Below are positions 12,717 to 26,800 of a stretch of DNA of 64,000 nt, one piece after another (within the stretch, counting starts at the first letter, position 1; each line of letters starts with the position of its first letter). The position numbers and the translations under genes were made by a program. The notes beneath the pieces are model-generated. The model ran no database searches and had not been told where the DNA came from. It saw nothing but the letters and a program-made list of their open reading frames with translations. The DNA lies in the NCBI RefSeq assembly GCF_002571385.2, contig NW_019217788.1, positions 507,201-571,200 of the forward strand, written 5' to 3'. Source of the DNA: Stylophora pistillata. Its lineage: Eukaryota.

Positions 12717-15700
12717 ATGCCTAGGAAGAAAAATCAAAGTGCAGATGCCTCCTCATCAGGGAGAGATTCGACAGAGAAAGTACCGAAAGATAACGAAGTT
12801 CAGCTGAGATGGCGAGAGAACACCCTTGTCGAACTGCAGAATATGTTTACCGGTTCAATAGATCCTGAAGTTGTTCAGCTGGTACTTTCAGAGAGTAGTT
12901 ATAATGGTGGGCATTTGTATGTGCTGTTAATGTTTTATTACCACGTAAACTTACAGAGTAATTTCGCTCACGAACGTTTCGTCTATGTTTAAGTTGGCTA
13001 TAATACTGGTGTATTAGTCGATCAAGTCCATTTCAAACGACATTTTCAGTTCTGTTTCATCTATTGTAAATTCAAATTAACAGGAACGATGAGAAGGTAG
13101 TTTTTCACTGCAAAATTTTTTGAGAGGGGGGTAGGGGGGGCGTTCTTGATGTAAGGAAACATAACACTCAGTTTCCCTTTCGGGGTTTATTTCGAGTACA
13201 GCTTTTCAGAGGTTTTACCCAGTGGCAAAGGGAGGAGAGTTGCTTACCTTGAAGGGAAAAGTAATTGCCCTGATGACGGGACAGAATCCTTTAAAAGCTC
13301 TTTGGTATACCATTACATAAGTCGTGTTAGTAAGTACATCTAGTATGTTGTGTGAGTTGAAGTGGGATACTGTTTCTGCAGTAAATGATGCTGTGGAGAA
13401 GCTCTTTGTCCTCAGTGGAATAGAGCAAGGACAGATGGAAAGTGAAGCCATTCCAGACAGTCACCCCTCTAAATCATATAGAACTTCATCATCATCTTTG
13501 GAAAATCAGAAATCCAATTATTACCACGGTGTCTCAAATGCTGGTCAGTTAACCCATAAGGTTGACTCCCATTCTGATGGACCTCAGGCTGGAGCCTCTT
13601 CTGGCAATTTTAATTCATCAGTTCTAAAAAACAGTTCTACACTGACATCAAAAGGAAAAATAGCACATAATTCACCATATAGCACAAGTGGTGATCAGCA
13701 TCAAGGAAAGGTTCCAAGGTCTCTACTACATTATAAACCAACATCAGAAGTGTTTTATGGTGCAAGTGGAACAGTGTCATCTGAAGGAGAAGTGTTGCCT
13801 GATGTATGCACCGATAATACAAGCTTTGTTACATCATCAGGCTTACCAGAGTTTCCTGATAATATTGCACAGCAATTTGACAGTTTATCAAACCAGGCAA
13901 ACCCCCCCTATGCTGGGTTATTGTGTTCTAAAAAACCTACAATTCACCAAGGAGATATGCAAAGTGAAGATTTAAAACCACCTGCTGGTCTTGATCATTG
14001 TGAATTAAATAAAGCTAAACCTATAAACTTACCTATCCATGATCAAGAACTTAAAGGAAACTTAGAGTTGTTTATTAAACAAGAAACACCTGGAAGCACT
14101 GGCACAGAGGAAACAAAGAAAATTTCTTTGGGTTGCAGTGAGAAAGAACCATTAGATTTTGAATTCAACAGGAAACAACAACAACTTGAAAGCTCATCTC
14201 CAGCAGGTAGAACTGACAACACCAATCCTCGAGTACCATGCAGTGAAAGTCAGAGGACTTCAAATTATCACAATTATAATGATAACTATTTAAACTACCA
14301 TCAAAACAACCCAAAGACATCTCTGAAGCACAATGAGGATACACCCCAGTTTCAACACAAAACAACTACCTTTCAACAGCTACAACCTCATCATGATGAA
14401 AAGAGTAAGTCAAAGGAAACAATGTCTCAACCACCAGCCGTACAAAGACAAATTCACCCATATCTACCACCTCAAGGATTCAGTCAAATGTTAAATGTCT
14501 CGCACCAAAGATTTCCTTTTATGCAGGTTAGACCAGCTGCATGGCAACAAGGATTAGCGACTCAAAGGTTTCCAGGACATGTTCCAACCCAATACCTTCA
14601 AGGGCCTTTCTCAATGCATCCCAACTTTTCATTTGGAGGTTTGTGGTACTACATCAGCCAGTAATTTATATCTGATGAAAAGGAGCTTGTACAAAGCAGT
14701 TGTCAATTTTATGAACAAATGAGTTTGATCCTTAATTTATGTATGGTCCTTTGAATTTCGCACATTACTGAATTCTGTTTTCAGGCTTAAATAAGGAAAT
14801 CATACAAAGCCTTCTTAAACTTACAAATTAAAGGACAGTGAAACAGTCACGATATGTGAGGTCATGTTACATGATGTGACCTTTCCACTCTAACAGAAGC
14901 TCTGTTTAAACACATAAAAAAATTGGCTGATTACTGTTTGATTTCCAAATAGCTGTTTTCTTGGAGTGTTGATTAAGAGCTGGCATTTCTTTTGGTTAGT
15001 GTCTGGGCCAAATATTGTTCAATATTTATGGAATGATCATATTTGTTGAAATGATTTTGATCTTCACCTCTGGTGTACAGTATGACGTGAGATCACAGAA
15101 AGAAACAATTTTGATTTCAAGGTTTGGAAATTATATTGAACACCGAGGCACTCATATCAACATAATAATTTTTTTAGCACCCCCCACAGCTGTAACAAGA
15201 CCAATCAGACATGGGTTTGGTGTGAGAGGTCCATTGTCGTCACCAACTCAGCGAAAACTGCTAATCCTAATGAGAGGGTTACCTGGCAGTGGAAAGACTT
15301 TCCTTGCACAGTTAGTATTGTAAACAAAAACACCATGGTCAGTCCATCTTTGGTGCAGTTCTCTTGAAAGCTAAATTGATCTTTTGAAACAGGTTGCCCC
15401 AGGCCATCCTTGCAAGCCATACTTGCTTCGTGATTTTTAAGTACTACTTTTTTTGTATTAAACAAGTACTGTGTATCATGAGCGTTCACACATGTAAGCA
15501 TAAGTGATGATAAAGGATACATTTCCCATTACAAAATCATCTGGAATTTGTTTTTCTTGCAGGAAGCTCAAAGGCCCTCGTGGTGTTGTGCTCTCAACAG
15601 ACGACTACTTTTATAGGAATCACCGGTAGTTAAGTTACTAAGTCACCAAAACAAATTAGGCAAACATTTGTAGAATAATCAGTAGGTATTGAAATTCACT

Positions 15701-18700
15701 TTACTCTAGCACTGCCTCTCCTTTCCCAGGAATAAAACTTAAATATTTAAAAGGATTACTCAGTTTGTTTCATGAGGTATTAGCTCTACAGTTGTCATGG
15801 TTCACTTTAGTGGGCAGCAAACAAATATATACATGCAAGTGAATGGCAAATTTGACACATTTGACAAATTTGACACATTTTTAGAACACTGTAGAATGTT
15901 TTAACTGAAATACTGGAGCTTTATTTCATGATACTTTCCCTTACCCTGATAAACACTGAGTAACAAAAAATACAGGGAAGATAATTGGCATTCTGGGTGT
16001 GAGATGATAATGGCTCTCATGGGAAGAAAATAAAGAGCTACTGGATAACGTAACAACAATCACTCTGTTTTATTATTGGAAGGTGTCATTGTCCTTTTTA
16101 AAAAAATGAGCTTGTATCTTGATCTTTTTTATTGGTGGTAATAGGAGTGGTTCTTATAAATTAAATCTATTTATTTCCACTTTGTTATCATCTCATAGTT
16201 TTAGGTTGAAGGGTTTTTGCATCTAAACCTCACTTCTCTCCTTTTTTTAGTTATGAATTTGATGGTAGCTTTCTTGGAGAAGCACATGAGTGGAATCGAT
16301 CCAGAGGTACTGCTGTATTTCCCACAAAAGTATTTTTCAGTGAAACCAAAAGTGATTGTATTATATCTGTCCAATAAACCCTGTTTCTTCTTTTGCAGTA
16401 TCAATATATTGTGTATCATGCAAACCTCTTGTGACTCAAAGTAGTTTAAACTTCTTTTTTCTTACTGTAAGTGGAGGCATGGTACATCTGTTGGTGCTCT
16501 CAAATTGCATCACACAGTTGTTACTTGTTACCCTGTCACTAGGCAAGAAGAACTGTATGAATTTGTACACTACATTCATATTTGCATGGAAAATGAAAAA
16601 AGAGGCTGTTAATTGGACTATTGAACTTGGGAAATTATTTTAAAAGCAATAAGTGTGAAGATCTAAACATTAACCTTCCTACTGCAGCTAAAACTGCTTT
16701 GGAGTCACAATGGTCTCCTTTGATCATTGACAACACCAATACACAGTCATGGGAGATGAAGCCTTATGTATCTATGGTAGGTATTCTGTTGTTCTGTCTT
16801 TAGTCTCTGCATTTAGTGATTAGGTATATCTACAGCCAATACAGGAGAATGAAAAATTATGTTGTTGCAAGTGTGAACATAATAATACAGACAACACAGA
16901 AAAGTGGTGATCAACTCCCCAAAAATGATGCTTTCTCAACCAATGAAAATCCAGTTTGGGTAGGTTTTGAAAGATCATAGTCTACCCTATAATAATTAGT
17001 ATTTTAAAGTTGGCTAAACTGATTTCCAGGTTAAAATGTAACTTATTCTCTCTTGATGATTATTTTGTAGGCATTAAAGTATGGTTACCACATCAAAATT
17101 GTTGAACCTAACACTCCATGGAAATGGAATGTGAAAGAGCTTGTCAGGTGGATGGAAATCTCATTTGCTTTTCTGATTTTCTAACATTGTAGTTTTTAGT
17201 TTTCTGAAGGAGAGCATACTGCTATCTCACAGCAACTCTCTCCAGGCTCTCTTCACCAAGGGTCAGAAACTGGACTAACCTCACGACATACCTGCTGAGT
17301 TGAACTGGTGTCCAGTCAGCGAACGAAAACTAAATTACCTTTATAAATTTATTTTCTACAAAACCTGGTTGCCGTTTGATAAGGTTTGTTCTTGTAAAAT
17401 ACAAACTGATTTTACTCTTGATTTTATTATTAAGACGGAATCAACATGGAGTGACTCATGCGGCAATTACAAGAATGAAAGAACGTTATGAACATGACCT
17501 CTCTGTGGAAGCCTTAAAGAAATATGAGGGAAAGCCTGACGCAAGGAAGACTGAGAACGAACTTACGACTAAAAAAGCAACTGATGTAAAAAGTTACAGC
17601 GGTGGCCCCAGTTTACAAACTTCTTCCAAACAAACAGGTTCTGGTAACGCTATTATGAGACAAACGGAGAGCTCTACAGTCTCCTCAAATAAAAGAACTG
17701 CTTCAAAACAGGAAGAGAGTGGAAATATAAGCTCTCTAAAGTATGCAGAATGCGTAAACACGCCATCAGTTGATGATAGTGTTCGTGGGCATACGGAGCT
17801 AAGCTCGAGAAGGTTCGATCGTCCAGAAGAAACTTATTGTAAATCAAAAACTGGAAGAAGTGAAAAAAGTGAGTGTAATTCTAAAATTCATGAGATTGTT
17901 AACGCCGGTGATAAAGGAGAACGGGCAGATGCTGTAATTTCAAGTTTTAGTCCTGAGCCACAGCGAGCGCCTCGGATGAAAATCAAGAGGTTGTCAAATA
18001 CTCAACAGCTTGTCACCACAGAGTTGTCGTCACACGATAGTGGAAATAACAAAAGCGATAAATTCTGTGGCACCGTAACTTCACATGAGAATCACGCGAT
18101 ACTCCATGAGATTGACAATTCCAGTGAGCAGAATACACCCAAAAAACACAGTGCAGTATTTTGTGTTGAAAAGTTATCAGCACTCGCATCCTTAGCTTGC
18201 ACTCGAACGTTTTCTTCGTCTGACCATATAAATAAAACTCTTGAAAAAAGCCAGCGTAGGTTGCAAACGGTGAAAGAGTCAAAGTCATCACTCTCGCCTC
18301 CCTTAGACAGTTCGTTTGTAGGTCAAACTTCTGATGAAAATAGGCATTATGTTAAGTGTGTCGGCGAGGGACATGAAAAAGGTGAACGCACTGGCGAAAC
18401 GTACACAGGAGAAGCCAGTAAGGAAGCGCTTGTTTCATCAACGGTCATTTGTGATGAATATCTTGAAAGTGATAAGTCTTTGCCTCTTAAAAATATCCTT
18501 GACGATGACGCCATTTTCAGAGGTGACAATACCGCGCCATCTGGAGAAATGGAGGGCAAATATTTCCCCACACCACCGCCCTTGTCGGAAATTCTGGTCT
18601 CAGCCTCGAGAACGAAGTTGAAAAGTCGTTCAAAGTCCACTAGCAAACCACTGCAGCTAGTTACAGACAACGTGAACTCACTTGTGGATAATAGTGATCA

Positions 18701-21700
18701 ACTGCGTTCTGAAACGGCGCTGGAACAAGAGGTTTGTGATGGAAAACCAGATCCAGAAAACAGAACATTCGATGAAGATGTTTCAACTGATGAACAGAAC
18801 ATGTCTGATGTATCTTGCTTGCTTGATCCACCACAGCCGAGTTCATCCGAGAACCCACAGAATCAGCGGCATGCTGGGCTGGAGTTTTTAAAAACATGTT
18901 TCCCGGACGTGGACTGTGATTTAATAAATGCGATTTTGACCGCGAAGGGTGGTGATTTGACTAAAGTGGTTGACGAATTACTCGTTCTTTCTAAAGCTTC
19001 CTCAGCCGAGTTATCGACATTTCCAGCGGATCCACTTTTCTTTGCCTCCCAGCAAGAAATCTCTGACTCTTCGAGCTATGTGGCGCAGAAATCGTCAAGT
19101 CCAACCGAAGAAACAATGAACACCGCTAGTGCAATCCAACCACAAAGCAATTTTGGTGCTGAAAACAACAAACCTCCTGGTAAACTGTCCTCACAAATGC
19201 ATTTGGCGCCAAAGGTATCGTCTTCAGCCCAGTCTCCGCCTTCAAACGCTGGTTCATCTTTTCAGCTGTCCCTTGAGCCCGCAGTTGCCTTGCACCTGAT
19301 TGAGTTGTTTGGTCCATTTCCTGGAGTTGACTTCAAGGGTCTGTATAAAGACTGTTCCTTCATTTTTTCTTTTTTTTTTTTAATTTCTATCCTTCGAGTA
19401 GATATCTCTTCATTGTGTTCAATGTATTAGCATCGTGTTGTTTTGGAGAACGAGTACACCGAAAGACTTTGAAAGAAATGTTAACAGAGTTGTTGAAAAG
19501 GAGACTTCAAAGACTTAACACATTTTTTTTTCATATAAACGAGTTACAAAAGAGACGTAAAGCTACTTACAAGCTTTTGCGAGAGTTTGCCTCGTTGTAT
19601 TGCTTTATAGTTTTGATTCTTTTCATACGTCCTCATTACCGATACGGAATCTGCAGTATCGGTCAAGAATACTTACACTCCAAATAAAATTCGGACTGAG
19701 AGATATACAGCTAGAGCGTAATATTCAGCTATTGCAAATGTAAAGTCAGCACTGATGACAACTAAATTGCTGCCTATTTGTTATTTCTACTTGGCAGAGA
19801 ATATAAGTCAAGAAGATTTAGTCGTAGCTGTAGACAGCTCGTTAGCAAGACAGCTGTACAAAAAATGGGAGCACACTATTCAGGTATATACTTTAATACT
19901 GTGAAATCTTTACTGCTCTTCTTCAATGTTTAAAGCCTTGAACTCAATATCGTCCATAAATTTGCTACTAGTAACGCCTTACATAGAAGCACCATATAAT
20001 AAAATTCATGTTCGTTGGCAATTATTCGAATACAGAGTAAGGAACTGTTAATTTTACCATCACATCATATCACATTTACTCTTATCGCGACTAGGTGTCA
20101 TTTAAAAGCCATTTGTAAACTGTGCGTAATGTTATTTAAGAGTCAAAGTCTTTTTTTGTCATTGTAGACAAGAAAGGGGATTTCTGCTGCTAACGTAGGT
20201 AAGAACAATTATAGTTTTCGGTTTTCATGTAGCCCTGCTGAACTTTAGACTCAGTTAATTACTACAAATAAGTGTCTGAAACTTGATTTCTAATGATCAT
20301 CGATTCTCTCAACTCTCTTTTTTATCAGTTGTATTAAAGAAAATTATTTTATGATAACTTTAGGATTTAAACACAAAGCGAAAAGGGAATTAACCGTTAA
20401 TAACCAATTGGGTGGCGATCAGATCTCAGCTGAAGGTGAGCCATCAACTCCTCGTTTCCTTACAGAATCCCAGGCAGTTATAACAAACCCCTTATTACAT
20501 TTACTTATTGTGCATTTGCCTAGTGAACTGAACAGACACCTTTTTGAGTCATTTTGGTTATTGGTTATTTTTAGGAACCTTGAGAGAGATAATGGATGAA
20601 CAACTTGCATTGGAACTCAGCAGAAATGTAGGTGTGCGTTTCATGACCGATTCAAAGTGAAATTCAGCCTCGTAATTGGTTAATTTTTCTTTTGATTAAG
20701 CTGCCTGATGTGGCTGAGCAAGATTTGGCTGCGAAACTAAAGAAGCAGAAACTTTTTGAAATGTTTCCTGGCATAGATCGTGTGGCGTTGGAGGAAGTCT
20801 TTCAAGCTAATGGGTATGATTTTCTGCGCTTATTAAACAATTTTCAACAGCAGTCAGCTAGGTCCGATGAATAAAAAACTTTCTTCTTTTCACAGGTATG
20901 AATTGGCGCCATCAGTCGAAGCTGTGAAAGCGTCTTGTAATTTGTCAAGTCAAGACGCTCCTACCACTGTTATCGCATCAGGGTTTAGCGGCCGCCTTGT
21001 TAATCAAAAACCAACAAAAGAGGTACAACTTCTCATTTGTGACATGGTACACCGATTACGAATTTTTGTGACATCTATCCCAATATTCTTTTTGCCAGAA
21101 AATTGAAGAAGACTGGAGCTGGTTAGACTTGGATGGTGAGGGATTTCGATCAATTTTGTAACTGATAGGTTCGATGTTGCTATGCAAACGAGCTCTATAG
21201 TAGTGCAAAATTCTGTAAACCCATATCAGCGCAAGACTTTGAACACGTTAGATTTTAATTTCGTCAGAATTTCGCCTTTTCACGTTTGGGGTATTTGTGT
21301 TTTCAGTGTCCTCTCGGCCAAAATCAGACTCATCCTCGTTTCAGACCCTTGAAGATCCAAGCTACCTGGACTACCGCGCTGAGGCATTTCAACACTACAA
21401 GTCAAGGGATGAGTGTTTTAAGAAAGCAGCACTGGCCTTTTCCAAGAAACAGGGGCAGTTGGCACAATTTTATGCCCAGCAAGTATGTGCAGATGCCGCA
21501 AAACAACAACACCAAACAAACAAACAAACAAACCAAACCAACAGACAAGAACATTGAAAAAACTGTAGTGTCATAAGCAACAAAAAATAAAGAATAACAA
21601 TGATAAAGTAAGAGGTACTTCTGATTCTTATTTGAAACTTAGATGTATTCTGTGTGATCTCTTTTGGTGGAGTCCAAAGCAGCCATACGTTTTCCTCTGA

Positions 21701-23826
21701 CTGACGAAATAGCCTAAAAAAAAAACAGCTCCAAAGATACACGTGCTTTTCCACTTCCATTGTAGTTACACTATGGATATCAACAAAAATATAACTCAAA
21801 CTTTGGTAGCATTCAAAACTGAACAAACTGCCTCAATGTGGAAACGTTTTGACTCTTTCTTTTCTTCTTTCTTTCCTTCTTTCTATCATTGCAGGGTCAT
21901 TTGCACACCGAGAAAATAAAAGAAGCCAATGCACGTGCAGCGGCATTAATTCTGGACCAAAAGTAAGCTAAACAAGTTCAATAGACTGGCTTATTGCTTA
22001 TATTTAGATGCTTGTAAGAGATTTGGTTTTGTTTGATCTACCACTGTAGTTTCACAGTCATAGACAGATGGTGGTCCAAGTGAATTATAACTATGTGATC
22101 CATCTGAGACATAAGGAGGATGTCAGTGCGGTGGATCAGGGAAGAAAGAGAGCGAATGTGCGCAATCTCAGACGTGTCCAAGTAGTATGATCATATCTGA
22201 CAAGAAGTGCGCCCTCGGTATTTTAAAACTTTACTTTATTTTTCTTTAAAAGAAAAAATGACTTTTTGCGACTCTTTTTCGAGGTTGGATACAGAAGAGT
22301 ACATTTCCGGCAAGGTTCTCAGTAGGCATACTTGATTGGCATATCACATAATGTGGTGCTTTTTGCGTTTCTTTTTTACTTCAGGAATGAGTTGACGGAC
22401 GATAACACGATTGATTTACACGGTTTGCACGTTACTGAAGCCATCGAGGCTCTTGAAAATATGCTGAGCGAACGAATTGGTACGTTTTTAAAGGAAATGT
22501 GGAGTTGATTTTGTACCAAAAAATCTTAGTATGGCTCTCACACTTAATTGCATGGTCATTTTGTATACTGAGGCATTCTTATAATCAAGTTCTTTGATTC
22601 TGGTTATTTATCCACTAGAAAGAATATCTTCTTGGGATGTTCGATGGTATGATTGAATTTCATGAAAGCTAGGTGGAAGAATGGTCTTCTATAGAAATTT
22701 CCTGTGATACACAGGAACCATTAACAGTAATCATTTGAACAACAAACATATGAAATACATATATATGAACTGCGGTTATGAAACGTATATGTGCACGATC
22801 CTTCGCAGTAAAGCACTATTTAAGCAATAGTGAAAATCTGATTTTCACTATTGCTTAAATAGTACTTTACTGCGAAGGATCGTACACATATACGTTTCAT
22901 AACCGCAGTTCATATATATGTATTTCATATGTTTGTTGTTTGATTTATTATCTACGGGTTTATGTCGAATTAATTTGATGGCCTGCTCCCAGTTGGCTTG
23001 TTAGCTCAATTGGTAGAGCGCTGCACTAGTATCGCAGAGGTCAGTGGTTCGAATCCCGTACAGGCCTGAATTTTTTTCAGGTCTGATTTTCACTATTGCT
23101 TAAATGGTGCTTTACTGCGAAGGATCGTGCACATATAGTAATCATTTGATAATCATGTTCGTTTTTCTAGCTGTATAATGGCTCCAGCTGCCCACTTAGA
23201 GACAATGACATGTTTTCTTTTTTCTTCAGACTCTTGTGGCAGTCTGGCCAGGAAAGGTTGCAAGTTCATCAATGTTGTAACAGGAAGAGGGAATCACAGC
23301 CGCGGTGGTAAAGCCCGAATAAAACCGGCCATCACAGACTATCTCAAAAAACACAACTACAGGTACGAAGACCTGGTATATAGTCAGCAGTTTTCACCTT
23401 GGTAGCCTGGCCGTCTTTTAAAAAAGGCCTGGAAGAAATGTATCCTTTTTTTTTATTTTCCTAATTAGGTTCAAAACAAAGTGTGGGCGAAGTTTTAGCG
23501 AAGTCTGGGTATCGCGTGTGTGTGTGTTGAAGGGGGAGTCATCTTAAATGTTACATCGAGCTTGATTTAATCTTAATTGGAAGAAATGTATTCTTTTTTT
23601 TTTTTCTTTTTCTAATTAGGTTCAAAACAGGGTTTGGGCGAAGTTTTAGCGAAATCTTGGTATCGCGCGCGCGCGCGCGTGTGTGTGTGTGTGTTGGGGG
23701 GAATGGGGGGGGGGCGGGAATCATTTTTAATGCTACATCGAGCCTGATTTAATCTTAACTAATGTTTATTTTTACCTTAAAAGGTTTACCGAACCACACC
23801 CTGGCCTCGTTAGAGTTTTCCTATAG
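12717..23826 (+). CDS. N4BP2: NEDD4-binding protein 2 (CUE-like, P-loop polynucleotide kinase, CUE, DUF1771, Smr nuclease)
   Basis: Exons 12717-12906, 13382-14638, 15178-15310, 15563-15625, 16251-16306, 16688-16776, 17071-17147, 17435-19338, 19798-19883, 20168-20198, 20364-20435, 20575-20627, 20701-20813, 20896-21022, 21099-21135, 21307-21482, 21895-21962, 22385-22479, 23230-23362 and 23784-23826. Motifs: LMRGLPGSGKT, LSTDDYF, EAHEWN, IIDNTNTQSWEMKPYV, EPNTPWKW, RRNQHGV, CUE-like FLKTCFPDVD and LFEMFPGID, DUF1771 YLDYRAEA...AQFYAQQGH, Smr IDLHGLHVTEA...VTGRGNHSRGGKARIKPA. AATAAA at ~24060. Confidence 0.93.
22739..23136. mobile_element. tRNA-containing retroposon-like insertion with a 5' inverted copy and a 13-bp TSD
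   Basis: agtaatcatttga duplicated at 22726-22738 and 23137-23149. Palindrome with ~100-bp arms, 22738-22940, centred at 22839. About 56-bp direct repeat at 22837-22892 and 23082-23137. Confidence 0.8.
22995..23066 (+). tRNA. tRNA-Thr(AGT)-like cloverleaf, probably a repeat-borne pseudo-tRNA
   Basis: Acceptor GGCTTGT/ACAGGCC, D arm GCTC/GAGC, anticodon loop CT-AGT-AT, T loop TTCGAAT. Mismatches in the T and anticodon stems. Followed by a T7 run. Lies inside the TSD-flanked element. Confidence 0.6.
23430..23760 (+). repeat. Tandem duplication (~150-180 bp) in the last N4BP2 intron, with a (CG)n(TG)n tract
   Basis: Two copies of ggaagaaatgtat..(T)n..ctaattaggttcaaaac...gttttagcgaa...gtatcgcg..tgtgtg...tttaatcttaa. 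The second copy has an expanded cgcgcgcgcgcgcgcg-tgtgtg tract. Confidence 0.8.
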
Positions 23827-26800
23827 CTGCAAAGTTTTTAACCATGCTGACACGATTGGACGTAACTATATATATGTTTCTTGCAAGAACCTTGGGTTTA
23901 GAGAACGGGTCCAAGTTATCTTGATTTGTTCATTAAAGAATTCTTTTCTTAGGAATGATCGCAGTGAAGACAGATTTAAGAAATTTTAAATACCTGTAAC
24001 TACAATTATCTTAGTGTATGTGCAATGTGAAAAAGCAACGTTATGTAGTGTTCGTGTCTAATAAATGATATTTTCATGACCCTCTCCTAATAATGAAAAT
24101 GTAAGCGTTCTGATATGTGCCAAGCGAAAGGTTACACGTGCAACGGAAAGCCGCCTTCCATGTCGCGTGACTTGTGTTTTACGTTGCCTCCCGGGTAACG
24201 GGAAAGTCCATTATCATGAGATACGTTTCTCATGAAGCAGATGAATCGACAAAATTAATGCCAAAGGTTTATGTAAAGTGACCGTGTACGATTCGTAAGT
24301 GCTCTTTGCAGTTTATGCGCCATAATGGCCTATCAATAGCTGTGTAGAGTTTTCGTTCTAACTTGAAACTTGCAGTAAGAACGTCATACTCGGTTAAATG
24401 CAATTCTAAAATGACTCGAATACAGTAAACGAATATGCTTGGTTCGTTTAAAGAGAAAATTTTTCCTTTGCGACCGGCTGATTTTTATTATTTTCTCGGT
24501 AAGAAAGTTTCTATGAAACTCGACATTTCATTCCTTTTCTTACAATCGAACGCTACGAAACCGTCAAAAACACAAAGCAATTAGTGTGTGGGTTGAAAAC
24601 ACGTAGGCTTGGTTGAATTTAATGGCTTTCCGGTTTACCATGTTTCAGGAAACCCATAGTTTTTCATTATCCTAATTTACCACCCTTTCCTCTGTTTACT
24701 ATTTGTTCGGTGGTTGTTATTCTTCATGTTTATTATATACACACAGTGATAGTCTATGATATGACGTCATTGCGATAACTATCCTCGTAGAAGGTTTGCG
24801 ATCGTAAAAGTGTTTACTTCACATTACTCTCAATCCATCCTGAAATAGGAACTAAGCGGAGTATCTTTAAAATTTGGGTAACTAAATTCATCAATGCTTT
24901 ACCAAAACTGAAAATAGCAAAAAAAAAAACAAAAAAAAAAAGAATCGTGTTATAAACATTCTAAGGACTCATTGCGGTTTATCAGCAAAAGACAATGCAG
25001 GCCGAATAGCAGTGACAACATTCTCCGTCGGGATTCGGTTCTTACCTGGTTGATAATCAAAATACAAGCTCGTATAAACAATGTGGGAGTAAGCTTGAAC
25101 GCAATCTTTGATGTTCTAACCGCTTATGGGGGCGGCTAACTGGCTATGAGTTTCATTTTTAATTCAGTAGAATAATATTTGGCTTAGTTGGTTTAGAGCT
25201 TATGTAGTATATCGTTCACTGATATAGTTTATTTCTAATGTTTTAAAACCACTGAGTTACTCAGACGTGTATTTCATATATTATGCGTTACTTCAAATTG
25301 ATGGTAACAAAAGCTCCTTCATTTCCACGCCAACAATGTTGGTTGAAAACTGCAAGTCACGAAAACTGCCTGCAAGTTCGTTAAACAAATGTACAGTAAG
25401 TGTCAAGAGTCCACTGTAATTTTCACAAAGTCCTAAAAAGTCAATTACGTTCTGAAAGTTCAGCCTCGCTTTTTTTCATAACACCTTTAACCTCCCGTGT
25501 CATTTTATGAAAATTGAAGAGCATGTAAAATATGTCTTTATCGTCGTTTTTGTTTAAATTATACCAAAAAAGGAGACGAAAAAACCAAACTATATTTTCA
25601 GATTGAACGGAAAGAGCTTGGAGTAGTAAGCAGAGCAGTTGGAACAGACTGGACCTGCAGCGACTGAAAGTTTTATATTTCCGCAAAGAGTTCTTCAACT
25701 GCAATCATCTCCCTTACTCTTGAGTGGCCAAACGATATCTTAAACTGATACGATATAAGGTTGCCTTTTTTAATAACACACTAAAGTTTGGCTATTGATT
25801 CGCATAATTTGGTGCGTGAATGTCATCCATAATCCTCTCTGTGTTATCAGATCACTTTTCAAAGGCAGGAAGCGTTGCAAGGGGCCTACTCGAGAAAGCT
25901 AATTTACTTTTAGGAAAAGGAAGTGCAGTTGAGATGCTCGCATCGGATGGTGTAGTTTGTGACAGGCAATATGCCAGAGTAAATTCTTGTTATGCATGGG
26001 CTGCTCTAAACAATGGCTCGTTCATTATAGGTTTTGTGGAAAGTGTGAATGAATCAGTTCAATTAGCTACAGAGTGCTCTCCGCCCTTTGATCAAATAAA
26101 TCTCTTTAGGCAAAGCGTTCAAGTTGCAAACGAAGCCATTCATAAAAGCTCCTTTGTTAGCGTTTTAACACATCACGCGTTAACATAGTTAAAATAACCT
26201 TTGGACAAAATTATCAACGTTTTGCTGATGTATTTAATATCAGAAACGCGTGTAAGACTTCAGTGTTAACGCTTTCCAATCAGTACATTTGAAGGATACA
26301 TTAACAAGAACTTTCAATGTCTCGGCCTTCTAACGCTTAAGTCTATAATTTTTATTTCAGCGCGCGTGAATGGCTAATCCTGTTTCAGCAAAGCTAAGGA
26401 ACGTGCACCCCTTAATTTCCCCTTCTCCGCCCCCCTGATAGTCCTTTTGTTGCTCTAACTCGTTAGCCTTCTCTTTCCTCGAATTTCTTTCTCGTGATTG
26501 TTGTTAGAATTTCCTGTTTTGAAGTCGTTATCAAGACGATTCCCGCCTTTTCACTGATTTTTGACGACTTGACGAACAACGACAATCGTGAAAAAGCTGA
26601 AAGCGTTCTCGTAGGTGTCAATTGCATGATTCATGGCGTGCAACAGTGTGAAAAGAGTGCTATAATTAATACGAACCTCTCCACAACACGCTACAAAGAA
26701 CAAGCCAATCTCATTGACGCAACAAAAGAACGGAACTATTGTTTTCTAAACGGAAACAGCGCCCGCTGTGGTTTTCATTCCTATTTTTTTGGCTTTCTCT

